Position numbers and translations under genes: made by a program. From NCBI GenBank assembly GCA_051362555.1, contig CM120647.1, forward strand, positions 12,376,651 through 12,440,650: a stretch of DNA of 64,000 nt. Reading direction: 5' to 3'. The notes beneath the pieces are model-generated. The model searched no databases and was not told the DNA's origin. It worked only from the letters and a program-made list of their open reading frames with translations. Below, one piece after another: positions 48,511 to 62,908 of the stretch. This DNA is from Lingula anatina. Its lineage: Eukaryota > Animalia > Brachiopoda. Position 1 is the stretch's first letter; every line of letters begins with the position of its first letter.

Positions 48511-51432
48511 TTATTTAGTTTTATTCAAAAGCCTCTGTTTCTGTAACCTGAAAATTCTTTGAGCTTGCTTGTAAATGAGCTTATCTGCCTCTAGGGCTTT
48601 CTCTATCCTGAAGTCATACCTCAAAACATTGGGGTCATTTTCATAATCGTAACCCTCATCTTCTGGTACCAAGGTTCTTTTGGGTTTTCTATTCACCCTG
48701 TTGTTATTGTCATCATCATGACTGAAATCCACCTGTGACTTGGCATTTTTGACTTTTTCACTGAAACATTTTGTAAAAGGCAGCTGCAGCACGTGCTGAA
48801 AAATCTTCCCAGAATCCTCCAGGTCTTCTTGCAGACCAACTGCAGCAAACCATTTTTCTAGGTTACGAACTATAAATGACGTTAGATGGAAAAAATCAGC
48901 ATCAGAGAAATTTTCCTCCATTTTCAATTTTTGTTTAAACCAGCAGGGTAAATCCTCTTTGTCGGTCACATGTTTATATTTATGAGGAACAGTTTCTACT
49001 TTGGCATCACAGTAGTTGCCATGGAAACTAAGCTGGTGCAGCAAATAATTCCCATGATGCACTGTCCATTGCAGTAGCGTTACTTTAGTGGCATCGAGGA
49101 GACTGCACACAGGGTGAGATCTCTCTCGTTTGCATAATTCATAAGTCCTTATTGCACGTTGGAAGGGGTCTTCTATAGTAATAAAGTATGCACATTTTTC
49201 CTTGCCTCTCCCTTGACACAACCCAAAAGTGAAATCGCCCACATGGAATTTGAAATCTTGGTCAGTTGTCTCCAAGTTTCGTCTATTGTTCCTCCTTTCC
49301 CACTCGGCTCTAGCCTCACTGTCAACAAAATCAGCAACAGACAATTGCTTCTTTTCCAAAATCTTTCTAATGCATTCTGATACCCCCTTATCTCCAACAT
49401 AAACCCTTGCACTTTCCCTATAAGCATAACTGTTTTCCAAAGCATCTCTTTCATCTTGCAAGAAGAAATTTGGCAATCCATCTGTGTAATTAACCCAAGA
49501 AAATTTATTATTGATTGTCGCATTTATCAAATTTTCTTCTCGTCTCTCTATAATTTCTTGCTGGCGCTGTGCCCTGTTCAGTGAATCTAGGGCCTTCTTT
49601 ACACCCTCTTCACTGTGCCTGCAAAGAACAAAGAAAAAGATTTAGTATATGTATACTATACATCCTCATTATTGCTGTATTAATTTATTTATCTATTCAA
49701 TTGTCATGTCTATTTTACATTATAATTTTTCTCTTAATCTTGTTTATGAGTTACTGCAGCAGCAACTTTGCTAGCTTGTGTAAGAAATGCCTATCACAAT
49801 AAAGCCATATGAACCAAAAAGAATAGGGTGCAGCTTATTTTTTACCAATCATCAAAAAAGAAAAAAAAAAACATGGAAATACTAAAAGAAGAAAGAGTGC
49901 ATCTGGTAAGGCATTTGACATAGCAAACATTTAGCTAGTGATTATCATTTCATCCTGATGGATTTACAAGTTCCAAGATTCAGGGTGATCTCTGAAATTT
50001 TCGACGTCATAGCATCACCCTGAGGTTCAGGTTTAACCAGAGACTTCAACCAGTACCACCCCCACGGTACAGTTGCAGGGGTGGATTTTTTTTTTTGGAA
50101 CCCCCCCCCCTCCACCCCCCCATCCCCCCGGTTCAGTTTCTGAACCTGTCCAATAAACCCCTTTTCATATTAAAATCTTGACTAGCTGAATCATAAAGCA
50201 TACCACAAGGCACCATTTGCCCTCTAAAATACCAAAAGCTGCCCCTCCCCACACGCTAAGGGGGCAAGGGTCAGTTTTGCATCTGAGGCGTCATTTCTAA
50301 AAAACCAGACCTCCCCCTTCAAATAATCCTGGATGTGCCCTGGAGTAGTACTGACTGTGAAATTTTCCAGTAGCCTCTGAAACTCAGGGTGAAAAGCACC
50401 TGTTTATTCATCAACTACATTACTCCTGTCCTTACAATACAGCCAGGGGCTTTCTCCCCTCAGTCAATATTATATCTGATTTATTCCAATTCAAACGGAC
50501 TATTTACCAGAAGGATTCCGGCTGAACTCCCATGTGTATTCAAACAGGTGGGATGAATAGGGTTTGTTGTTTGGAGATGAAAGTAATACTTTGTTCAACA
50601 TTTTTATACAGCTCAATGGGAGGCTTAATTGGGGTCCGTCTGAAAAGAGGGCGAGGCGGAGAGTTGGTTTGGAGGATCGTTGAAGCCCTCTCCAACCTGC
50701 CAGCGCCACTTTGATGAGTGTCACTGACATGATGGTTGGTGTCATTGGCAGGTGCTCCGTGCTTGACAAGTGGGAAGGGGGACAATAAAACTCTGCGTCA
50801 CCTTCAAGATGATATGTTGACAACAGGGACTAATAGATCAGTGATAAAATTTTAAGACCGATTCGTGAAAAAAAAAGCCTTATATTTTAAAAGAGAGTCA
50901 GCAATAAATTCACAATATTGCGCTACAAGTGCTCAAATTATCTTTTTAATGATACTTTTCATGAGAGAAAGATGACAATAAATTCAAGGGCTCAGACTTT
51001 TATATGGATAATTTCTGTCAGAGAGAGATACCTGTACTACTACATGTAGCAATAAATTCACAAAACTGCCTCAAGCACTCAAACTCTCTTCTTTATGGAT
51101 AATCATTTTGATGTGTGTGCCTGTGAGAGATACAGAGATAGAGAGAGATGGCCATAAATATGCAAGACTGCATCACAAATACAAACTCATTTATTCTTAA
51201 GGGTTATTTTCCCTGTGTGTTCAAGAAAGATAAAAGCTGCACATAATACTAATAACTATGCCAGGTTTAAGAGAAAAAATAAAATAAAAACAATGAAAGT
51301 AATTTGTGAGCTGTATCCCCACCTTGCATTCTTGAGTCCGTCCTCCTCCCTGGGATTCACTCCCAGCACAGTGAGCACCATCACAGCAGAGACAAGCAGA
51401 CCTGGTTCTAACCAACTTCTACATAGCTGCAT
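48511..51432 (-). CDS. Secreted/type II membrane protein with a Golgi sulfotransferase-like fold, about 405 aa; exons 51432-51323 and 49618-48511; probable 5' UTR exon 52231-52141
   Basis: MQLCRSWLEPGLLVSAVMVLTVLG signal/anchor; phase-2 splice joins in frame; YFITIEDPFQRAIRTY (3'-PB-like), WFAAVGLQEDLEDSGKIF and ADKLIYKQAQRIF resemble HS2ST/Gal3ST-type motifs. Confidence 0.75.
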
Positions 51433-53103
51433 TGCTATTCTAGACCTGAAAGAAACCCAATGTTATTTTAATAACTACTATTTTGATTAAAATCAGGGAG
51501 GAGACTGCTATTTTGCGAATAAGTCAGGAAACATGGTTTGGGGTCCAGGGGACTGCCTAGGCCAATGAAATTTTTGGCTCTCAAAAAGTCTGAAATTTGC
51601 CAATAGGTGGGGAAAGCTCTTCCCTTGGTTATTTGTTATAATCTTTATATTTTGTTGCATTGATAAGTTTTGATATTTTATTAATTTTTTCTTTAAATAA
51701 ATGAAAAAAATGGTTATAGGCCTGGAAAAAAGAATGAATAAAACTTTATCACAGTATGTAATATAATTATCATGGCTATAGTAATTTTTTAATGACAAAT
51801 ATTAACTTCAGTGGCAATAAATTTTTTAAAGTATGGGAATTTAGCCTAAAACCTCTCATGGCAATCAGGTTTCTTCCTTGATGTTTAAGTCAAAATAACT
51901 TCACTTTTTTATTTATTATCTTTCTTTAAATTTCTTTTATGGGTTTAAACTATTCTGATCTTTGCCCATCACATGGCAATCAAGTTTTTTTTCTTCTTCT
52001 TTTTTTTTTTTTTTTTTTTGGAAGTTAAAGCCCACATGATTTCATTATTTTCTTTCTTTTCTTTTTTTCATTCAAACTATTCCAAATTTTTTTCTTTTTT
52101 TTTTTCATTAAAACAATTCCAATCTAACCCCCTGACTCACCTCCTCACGTGACTTTATCCCTTCATGGTTTTCACATCAGTTGATGCTGACACTGCCTCG
52201 AGGCTCTGAATCATCCCCCGTTACTTGGCATCTGTGAGAAATGAAAATAACCATAAGACAGGCTGAACTAGGTTTTTTCATTGTCTCTCCTGCAGAGGTG
52301 GTAAAAAGTTAACTGTACCTTGAACAGACTAACTGAATGTGTACTAGTATTTGATCAAGACATTTTAATATGAAGGGTCAATGCCTCAAGGAAAATCAAC
52401 CTCAGTTGGTCTCTTAGGAAATGATTCACTTCTTTTTCTTGTAAGTTAATCCTAGAAAACTTTAAAAAATCAAGGAAAAAAGCCATTTAACATTTAGCTT
52501 TATTGTATGTTTATTCAAACTCCCAGAGACTCTCCCATTCTGTTGTCAAAATCGAGTGATCAAACAAAATCGGCATATTTATTCAGCATCATTTTTTTTT
52601 AAATCAGAGCTGCACAGAATTTTGTTGTTGAAAGTTGCACCCTCAAGTAATTTGTCTATGAGTGTTCCAAAACTTTGCAGATGAACTGATAAATAAAAAG
52701 CATCACTGCAGAAAAAAAGCATAATGAACACATTTAGCTCGATGCCCATTTTATTATATAACAACAAAATATTTAAAAAATCACCCATATTTTCAATGAC
52801 ATTGCTTTCAGCATTGCCCAATGACAACTGGTAAAAGAATATTGTTTTTCTTACAATACTGTAATACGTGCAGTAATCAGTTGAAACCAGTTGTCCAATC
52901 TGATAGTCTTCCAGGAACTACAGTCTACAGAGGCCAATTTAAAAAAAAAAATCAAATCCAAATCAAGTCTACTATTTTGTTGTCCTGAAACAGTACTTTT
53001 TTTCAGACAAATCTGGTTCCAAAAATCACAACCCAATACATCCCTGCTGTTAAAAAAATATTATGAATTTTATTCAAACTGCTTCAGTTTCCTTTACTCA
53101 TAA

Positions 53104-53364
53104 GGGACCATTCCCAGACCCTATCGTACTAAATGTGAAGCGATCAATCTCCAAAGGGGTTCTCACTAAATTGCAATCAACTTAAACGGCTTAGATGTCT
53201 GGAATGCCTACTGAAGCTGCTAGGAGGTAATTAATTATCCTTTAAATAGCAGCTTTGGTAGGTGTGCCGGACATCAAATCCGCATAAGTAGAAAGCAATT
53301 TAGCATGAAACCCCTAGGAGATGGATCGATCCTGTAGGATCTATCTAGGTATGGGAACCCAGTC
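53104..53364 (+). mobile_element. Harbinger-type MITE family 2 (related to family 1)
   Basis: TAA TSD; TTCCCA/TGGGAA TIR core; inverted relative at 60388-60648. Confidence 0.75.
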
Positions 53365-53619
53365 TAAGTCTTCCTGTTCACCAAGGCTCTCTTCAAAACA
53401 GATCTAAAATAAAAGAAGATATCAGGCCACTTGGCCAAAAATATAAAGTCCACACTGAATCGAATTTGATTTATGTACACAAACTCATGTTTACACATTT
53501 CTCATGTTGGGTTAACTTGAGGGAGATAAAAAGACTCACTTTTTTTTTAGAAAAAGAAAAAAAGACCCCATCCTTAAAAGTTACCAGCTACAGAAAAAGC
53601 CCCCCCCCCCTAAACATAT

Positions 53620-54011
53620 AAACCACTATCTGGTTGTGATCACATCAGAACTAAGTCTACACATAAACCAACTGACATCACCTGGCTGTGATCACATCAG
53701 AACTAAGTGAGACTGCACATAAACCAACTGACATCACCTGGCAGTTATCACATCAGAACTAACACCCCATTTCCATAGATTAGATCGACCTACTTTAGAT
53801 CGACCTAACTCCCTGGAGGTTCACGCTAAATAGCTGTCAGCCGGGCGGACACGAAAGTTAATTACCCCCTTACAGCTTGTAGTAGGCGGGAAGGACATTT
53901 AAGTCGGATTATCTGAAAGTAATCTAGTAATCTAGTGAGACTCCCCGCGGGGATAGATCGATCTAAAATCTATGGGAATAGAGCCTTTGTCTACAAATAA
54001 ACCAACTGACA
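53620..54011. repeat. About 55-bp tandem repeat (3 units) with MITE family 1 copy 3 (53763-53985, inverted) inserted in the third unit
   Basis: Unit CTGG.TGTGATCACATCAGAACTAAGT...ACATAAACCAACTGACATCAC; unit resumes at 53989 after the MITE. Confidence 0.8.
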
Positions 54012-54079
54012 TTCACAGTCAAAAAATAAAAATTGAAAATTAAAGCTTCTGGTACCAAATTTCACTTGTTCTATAACAT

Positions 54080-54082
<3 letters not shown>

Positions 54083-54160
<78 letters not shown>
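54083..54160. repeat. (TA)n microsatellite
   Basis: Read directly. Confidence 0.95.
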
Positions 54161-54164
<4 letters not shown>

Positions 54165-54872
54165 TTGATATTTTTTAAATTATTCCTGTAGCCTTATATT
54201 ACCCACTCAGCAGTCTATGCTCATTCAAATGTGAACTAGACCCGTCTCTCCTCCCATATAATCACTCTATTAAACTACTGCTTTCTTCACAACACATATT
54301 AATGACACATATGATGTTTAAAAGCCCATTAAAAATCCACACCAGCAGGGTGTGCAGGGGTCCTACAGAGAATTTGTCGTCGCTGTAATTTTATCTTCCT
54401 CCTAAGCTGCAAGATCTCAGCTATTTTGTGTGAACTGCAAATCAGAAGTGACAGCTCTTACAGTTAAACAGGCGCTTTGGCGTAAACGGTGTTGGTTTGG
54501 CACAAATGGGGGACAATAGGACTGTACGCCAGGCGACCGCTTTCTCAGACTTCTCGGTCTTCAAGGAACCGAGATAATTAGTCTCGTTAGTCACGAGTGG
54601 AGGAGCAAAGAGCTGTAAGAGGCGTTGCTACATGTTTGTATGTGCTGTAGGAGAGGGAGTGAACTCCATGAGCTCAGAGCTTGGCAAAGTTTCCATCTCA
54701 GAGATTATTCTTATGCAGACATGTGCCTGTTTTTTTTTTCCTGTTCTTTTCTTTTTTCAGAACATTTCTCATGAGACCAAACACTTCAACTTGACAAATC
54801 TCAGGATTAGCTCAAAGTTTTGGAATTCCTTGATTCTGCAGATCATGTCTAATTATGTCTGAAGAGATTCAG

Positions 54873-54906
<34 letters not shown>

Positions 54907-56018
54907 TTTTTTTTTGTCAGTACAACATAATAAGGTTGAAGCATTTAAACCTGAATCTCTCCATCGTTACCTAAGCCTTGCATTAAATGTAAACTAATAT
55001 TTTCAAAATGCCTCACTTTTCTAACATTTTATGGATTTTGCTGATTTATATGATGAGCATCTCATCACTTTCATTTAGTCTCTGACAAAAAGGTCAACTA
55101 AATTTTCATAACTTGTGTCAACCTTATCATTTTTATTAACAAAGCATTTCTGAACAAAAAATAAATTTCATTTGAGCTTTTTGTGAATTTAGCATATATT
55201 TATTCAAATCTATACTTACACAAAAGGAGGATTACGTAAATTAAAGTGTACTCTATTGAGTCAGGTGGGGTCAAGGTTACAGGACACAAAACATTGAAAG
55301 TACTAGTACTTAAGAAAAATAAAAACAGCTGTAATTTTAGACATGAACGATGTTGACATATCCCTAGTAAATAACATGTGTTCACGCTTATATCTGTCAT
55401 AATTTGTCAATTTTACAAATTTCGGAACAACATGTCAACTAAATCTCTCACCCTTTTTTCCGCTCACACTGTCAACAGCTGTTTCAACCAGAAAACGTAA
55501 ATCTAACTTCACACTGAGAAAAAATTCTCGACTGTCTACCATGTCAGTATAGTTCCCTCCCCTGCTGTTGTGAACTGTTAGCTAACAAAGGCATGCTTTC
55601 AAAGTTCTGAACTCTGATTACAATGAAAATGTTGAAGTTGTTTTTGAGTTTTTCTTACCATTTTTCTCCTCACTCTTTCAGAATATCTCTTTTCCATTCT
55701 CTCTTTTCTGCTGCTCTCCTTCCTTCCATGACCAACAGTCATATAACTCTCTAATAATAACTTTCACTTTTTCTTTCTTTTCACAATTATCTCTTTCTTT
55801 CCTTCCTTTTTGCTCCTTTATTTTCTTTTACCAAATATGCTTTTCTTTTCTCAAATATTACTTTTCTCAATTCTGACTACAAAACCACCATCATCAGCAA
55901 AACCAAAGAAATCAACAAAGTATTACGTCATTTCTACCTAAGATCTATTAGATTTTATACCAAACTGTTTGTCAGTGTTGTTCTGATCTATTGGTGACTA
56001 ACACATTTTGCATACTTA

Positions 56019-56103
56019 GGCCACACTTTTTTAATTTTATGGATGACATCCTGCGCGCGCACCGATTTTCAACCGTTCTCCAAAAAAAAAAAAAAAAAAA
56101 AAT

Positions 56104-56165
<62 letters not shown>

Positions 56166-57164
56166 GGAAGTCGGTTGTCGCAAACGTCTTTATTGAATTT
56201 GCCGGAAAATGCAATCGGCAATCCTCGGCTAATTCCGCAAGCTCCATGCTGTCATTGTCGACTGCGGAGACATCCGAGTAGTTCCGAGTGCGGAAAATGA
56301 GCTTTCTGCGCATGCGTATTATCACCACGTGGAAATATGGCCGCTTTGCCGTCAAATTCATCTCTAGCATTAATTTCAAAATACACGACAATTAAAGTCA
56401 TAAAGAGAACGGGGGCCGTCGTTTTGGATTGGTTTGCCATTGATATTGGACATGGAGATATCACCTTTTTACAATTATACGAAAGGCTGGCCGCGGCCAG
56501 CGATCATCGCCCGGAAAATTTCAGTGACATTCTGTCCAAAGCAGCACATAGGCTTACCAGGGTTTTTTTGTAGCGAAAAAAGGGTCGACAAGAGCGTCTT
56601 GGTATTTGGTGGACTGAAGGTTGGACAGGCCACCCAATAGTTGGCTGCTACGTGTGAGTCGAAGTAGACAAAATGGCATCGACCGAAATTACCTTTTTTA
56701 GATTTGGTAGTAGGAAGCATAGGCCTATCTTTGCTTCATTTTTTAACAATTCTGTGAAGTGTTCACAATGCTTAAATTTTCTGAGAGTACAAATAAAGAC
56801 ACGCTGTTTATTTGATATTTGTTTTATTGATTGCTATACCAACAGAATGCATGAAATAACCTTAAATAGATTTGGTAATATGCAGCATATATATATTCAT
56901 GACTTTTTACCTTTCTACGAAGTAGGCCCTATTCACAATGCTTTAATATTTTGAGAGCATGGATAAAGACATGTTGTTAGTTTGATACGTGTTTCTGTGG
57001 TAAATTAGTGTTTCCAGCTGTGTACTGAAAACATAATTTTTCTTAAGCAGTTTTTTTTTTTTTTTTTTTTTTTTTTGGACTGTTTTTTTTTTTTTTTTTC
57101 GCCCGCTCGCACCGATCTTGGGGTCCCCAGAGGATGTCATCCATAAAAATAAAAAAGTGTGGCC
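56019..57164. mobile_element. Non-autonomous PIF/Harbinger-type DNA transposon, 1146 bp
   Basis: About 34-bp TIRs GGCCACACTTTTTTA.TTTTATGGATGACATCCT; TTA TSD on both sides; no credible ORF; contains a C59 run. Confidence 0.88.
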
Positions 57165-59596
57165 TTATGTGAAGAAAACAAGACCAGAAAAGCATACAAA
57201 ACTTTCCACTTAGTTCTGGAAAACTGACACAATCTCACAAACTGCAAACACACATTATGAAGTCACTGTAGACTGCAAGTATGGATTTTAATACCCTTCT
57301 GATTTCATCACAGACTGGCTTACAGCATACAATAACAGTTGGCAGAATGATTCTCCTGACTTAACTATAAAACATATTATATAATAATGTTATTTCCTTT
57401 AAACATATTCACAAAACCAAATGAAAAGATTAATCAAATTTAGAAATGCACAAAATTCCATTTATTAATTGAAGAACTGCTGACTGGCAGACTTAGCTTG
57501 GGTCTAAGTAGACTAAAATTTCATTCAGAAAGTTAGACAGGGCTATAGTTTGTCAGTAAAGCAGTCCAAGAGTTTATGCTTTACTAAAATTAACCATCTA
57601 AAGATATGGTTTTAAAAGTTTCGAATATCTCATTTTTATTGGTAACCTAAATTTTCTTGAATCTTCATTCCTCACATTTTCTGACTTGACTACTGCATCA
57701 TTTCAGAATTCAGAATGTTTCAAAAATCTTTTGTCAAGCATGACCAAAAAAAAAAAAAAAATGTTTTATTTTTTTTCAAAATTTATTCACATAAAATGCA
57801 TAGTATAACAACAGTATACACAGCTCTCTAATCAACAATAACGTTCCAACTGAAGATTGGCATTTTGGCATTAACTATAAAAAACATTAAATAACAAGCT
57901 AATACATCCTAGATGTTGTGTAACTGACAGCATGAAGTTGCATTCATCAGCTCTAATCCCACTGACTACGCACCGCTATTTTTACCAATACATCACAGTA
58001 CTTACATAAGTACTCCAAATGAGAATTGGCATTTTGACATAATCTTAGAAAGCAAAAAAAGAGATGGGGAAAATCTCAAGTGGATTTCTTTCTCAGTCAG
58101 CAGTTAATGGCTCTGACATTTGTTCTGAAGGACTACCTGCCAGTGCCGGGGTGTCAGCAATTGATAAAATGACGGCTGACAAATAAATCATATCACTAGA
58201 GAATGTTGGAAAATAGTAGAGAAAATTGGAGGAAATATTTCTTAGCCTCTGAGTCTCCTCCCCCTCCCCCCATCCCCTTCCTTAGTACACATTTCTATAA
58301 TCAGCTTGAATTATATTGATTTATTTATCTATGTAATGATATATTGTGGTTGAATACACTTCTATTCCACCTCCATTATATTATGAAAAAAATGCTTTGA
58401 AAAAAAAAAAGAGAATAAAAATGCAAAACTGGTCATTCTGCCACTCCTGATCAGACAAAAAAAAACAGACATTTTTTTCCTTCTACCCTTTCCTAAGAAA
58501 ATGAATATGAGGAGAAAAAAATTTTCAAAATAATTCTGCCAGATTTTGCACATGCATTAAGAGTCATCTCTAAGAAATCACCCTGGGGTTCAAACCTAGG
58601 ATCAAACACATTTTATAGCAAAATCCCCTTGCTGTGCTCAGTGTCAATAGCAACAAACACCTAAAACCACACGGGGATATTCAGGGTACAAAAAATCACC
58701 AATTATCTTGTCACTTTCTCAAATTACATGCCAGAATCAGTAAACCCAATGAAAACTTTCACTCAGAGATGTTAGGCAATAAGCAGAGATGTTAACATGA
58801 ACCAATGATGTAAGATGAGAAGAAATGAGAAGAAAAAATATCAACCTCCTACTTGGATATTGAATCATTAAAAAAATGTAGTCATTTTTCTGCCATTTGT
58901 TCTGATGTGTAACAACCTCTTATAACATTGACAGTCCCCTGAACAATAAAGGTATGCATTCTGTAGTTTATCAAGAAATAAGACGAAAATTACCAGAAAT
59001 TATGGCCAAGCCCTTAGACATTTCCATATAATACCATTAAACATTCACCGTCACTTTTCTAAATTTTTTTCTCACTGTTAATAACCAAAGCAACCATTTA
59101 TCAGCAGCTCAAAACGAAGTGAAAATAACAAAAAAAGACTTGCTCCCAGGCCTACATTTCATACAGAAAACCACGGAATCCACCGCAGGTTTTCCTCACT
59201 GCTAGTTTTGGCAGATGTCAACTAGCATGAGTAATTGCTAGGAAGTGGGAAGAAACACTGGCGTCTTGGCACTGATATCAGCTTAAAGAAGGATCTTTCA
59301 GAAGCCTCTTGCGTAAGTTTGAATGATAGCAATGTCATTCAGAGCCTCTAACACGGGTTCTAGGTAGAAAAAAAAACATGGACCTTTTTTCTAATAATCT
59401 AAATTTGGTAAGTTTGAGTGATTAGCATTCAGTACATGAAAAAAAATATGGAGCATTTTTATGACTAATTAAATCTGTTTGGCAAGTTTTAATTTCTAAC
59501 TGCTTTAATTTCTAGAAGAGCCTCTTGCACATGCCCTTGGAGACAAAAATAAAGTAAATGTGTTCTGAATACTGTCCAAGTGACCTTTAAGACTAA

Positions 59597-59978
59597 GACC
59601 CCATTCCCATACCTGGAACGATCTACCTTGATCGGCCCATCTACCAGGGGATTTTCGCTGAATTGCTTTCAGCTTACTGAGAAAGCAGCTCTGAAGTCTT
59701 AACAAGAATCCCTGCTGAGATATATCAATCCTGCTAGTACGATAAGGTTATGGGAATGCAGTCTTAGACCAAATTCCCATAGATTTTAGATCGATCTATC
59801 CCTGTGAGGAGTCTCACTGGATTACTGTCAGCTTAGCCGGCTTAAGCGTCTGTCCCGCCTACTAAAAGCTGTAAGGGGGTGTGCGCTCAGCTGACTGCAA
59901 TTTTGCGTGAAACCTCAGGGAGTTAGGTCGATCTAAATCTAAATCTCTGGATCCATCTAAATCTCTGGGAATGCACCC
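59597..59978. mobile_element. Two abutting MITEs (59597-59763 and family 1 copy 4 at 59767-59978)
   Basis: TTA between and after; CATTCCCATA/TGGGAATG TIR cores. Confidence 0.75.
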
Positions 59979-60387
59979 TTACTAATAACTTTCCCATGTC
60001 CTCTAAAACTCACAGTGACCACTGTAGACTTACCTTCAAATAAATCAGCTAAATTTTGGAGCTAAATTTTTAGACCAGCTTTCAGGCTGGAGTCATTTTG
60101 TCAACCCAGCCTCAGGTGATAAGACTCTCTACTACTACCAGCTTTGTCTTGTCACCACACCACAGGTTACATGTAATTTCCCTTCACCTACTCCCTTCTA
60201 TGTACAGTTATTGATTTTCTCTCCCAAGATATTAAAAACATTTAAATCCATTGCATTCACCGGCAGTCGTGAGGTAATGAAACCAAACAAAACAAGACAA
60301 ATGACTGGAATACCTCCACTGAAAGGGCAGACTATTTGTTTTGGATTACTGAGAATGTTTGAATTTTACAGATCCAGCTGAGATTAG

Positions 60388-60648
60388 GACTGGGTTCCCA
60401 TCCCCAGATTGATCTAACAGGATCGGTCCAACTCCACAGGGTCCCTCGCTAAATTGCTTTCAGCCCAAGCGGCTTCTAAAGACATCTGGGGCATCCACTA
60501 AAGCTGCTAAATGATAGTTAATTACCCCCTATCAGCCTCAGCAGGCGTGACAGACATCTCAGCTGCCCAAGGTAATTGCAATTAAGCGAGAATCCCCTTG
60601 GAGATAGTTCGATCCAATGTTAGTATGATAGTCTCTGGGAGTGGTCCC
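60388..60648 (-). mobile_element. MITE family 2, inverted copy
   Basis: TAG on both sides; termini are the reverse complement of 53104-53364. Confidence 0.7.
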
Positions 60649-62866
60649 TAGGTCTGAGATGTCCTTGAATAGAGTCTCCTGTTTCACAGCTTTTGCAGAC
60701 ATGATTTTTGGGCTGTAATAAAAACTACAAAGAAATGACTTGGTGTTCTTATATTATTGCCAGGGCTCTGGGGCTCTTTGAGACTGATAAATGTTGAGAA
60801 AATGTTGAATTTCTGCATTAAATTTTTGCTTTTATTTAGTAGTTTGCTGAACCCTAGTTGACATGCAGGGACTGTTGGATAATAAATAATTTAAATTAAT
60901 AAATAAATACCATAATAAACATGAAGCTATATTTCTTAATGTTGTCCATATTATGCTTATTTATCATAATGCTTATTTATCATAACCGACTTGCCTTTGA
61001 GTTTATTCTCCCGTTATATTGCTTTTAAATTAATAAACAGTTAGTTGAAGACTAGTTGAATAAGTTTTTGTAACAAATATAATCATAAATAAAAAGGCAA
61101 AAATATGCCAAAATTAGGGAGGCAGAGCCCAAATTAGGTAGCAAAGACACTCCATCAGCAAAGACATTGCAATGTGAGCCCATATCAAGACAACATATCA
61201 GAACACAATGTAACGACATGACTAACAAGCTTCACAGCTATGTCTGAACAACAATGTTTTTGTTTTAACGCCATAAATCATCCACTTGAGTGGCACCACT
61301 CTTCACTGTGTCTAGATCCAAAAACTGATACTCCGCGTCTCTTGACGACTATAATTCTCTGGTCCAGATTCTACTATCACCTAGTATGATCAGAATGTCA
61401 ATAATGGGTGTTCGTTTTCTTTTAGTTCCCCCGCCTGATAAGAATAATAATGTTAAATGGAGATACCTTCACTGATAAGTTTATCTGTGATGCCTGGAAA
61501 ACTGGCAGTCTCTCCATCTCTTTCTTTTACACATATCCACAAACTTATATGCACGCTCATACCAACTCAGTGAAGGGGTGTGTGTGTGTGTGGGTATATG
61601 TGCGCGCACGCATTTGTGTGTATGTTTGTGTGTGTGTGTGTTAAGTTGGATGAGAGAGAGAGAGAGAAATGGAGGGAAATTCACTAGTTTTTTATTTTTC
61701 ATTTGACCAATCAAACTATTTGAAAGGTGACTGAGAAATTGAGAAATGTACTGCTATGTTGGACAGCACAACCTGAAGTAATGAAATAAAGCTTTATTAA
61801 GTTAGTTTTCTATCATGCTACAAAGTAATTTTAAAACATTGCCAAATAATGAATCAGAATCAACTGAATCCCACGCACCTTCACCTCATATCTCAAACTG
61901 CAGTTTAGATGAAATCCTGAACTTTATCCAAAACACTCAGAAATGAAAAACTTACGTGAATGAGAATCTCACGATGTGAAATGACCAATTTGCATTTATA
62001 TTAATCAATATCGAGAAAATCAACGTCAAGGTGGATGATCACCAGACAGAATCGCTCTCACCAGGAGTTTCACATTGTAGAAGTGAGTTTTCGTCTATAA
62101 GATATTTACCTCTATGCTGCCAGAAATGGACAGTTTTGCTAGAGATATGATAATAGAGATAATAGAGAGATGATTTTCCAGTATACTTTGACCCTCAGGG
62201 TGATATTATCATACAGCAGGTACATATTGACAATTAGTGTACAGGGAGGAGACTGTCATTTAGTGAAAAAGACAGAAATATGGCGTGGGGTCCAGGTGGC
62301 CGACTAGGGCAATGATATTTTGGCTCCCAAGAAGTCGGAAATCTGCCAAAATAAGGAAAAATGTCATCCCTGAGTGTAAGGTTCCAGTAGGTTATCATAC
62401 TCAAGGTGGGAAGACCTGACTTCTGTCACAATCTGACATCTTTTGGTTATTAGAAAATCCAGTCCCAATCATCCACCCGAGTACAGCCGAGGATGAAAAT
62501 ATAACATAAATGATGGGCCTTTTATCTCAGAGTCTTCCAATTTTAAAAATACATCAAATTCAGGTACCATTACTGTTATTTTGCTACAGAGGCTAGATCA
62601 CTTCACTGAGAATCTAATATCACATCTTCAACATCTTTCTCTCTGTTTCTTTTTCTCTCTGGCTCTATCCATACATCCCTCTCCTCTCTCTTTCCCTACC
62701 CTCTGCCAGGGTCAAACAGTGATTTTTCACTAGATATTCACAGATATGTTTCTCGCTAATTAAAGACAGAAACCCTGTGCAGGAGAAAAGTGCACATTTT
62801 TAATATGTGGCCCTGGTATGGGGAAGTCTTTCCCCCTGTATCTCCCCCCCCCCCCCCCCACGCACA

Positions 62867-62908
<42 letters not shown>

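Noticed and set aside
53620-53760. Repeat units as a CRISPR array (also 40095-40440)
   Set aside because: Eukaryotic context, tandem units without unique spacers, no cas genes.
54330-54700. GC-richer island as a coding exon
   Set aside because: No convincing open frame with splice sites or recognisable motif; may be regulatory.
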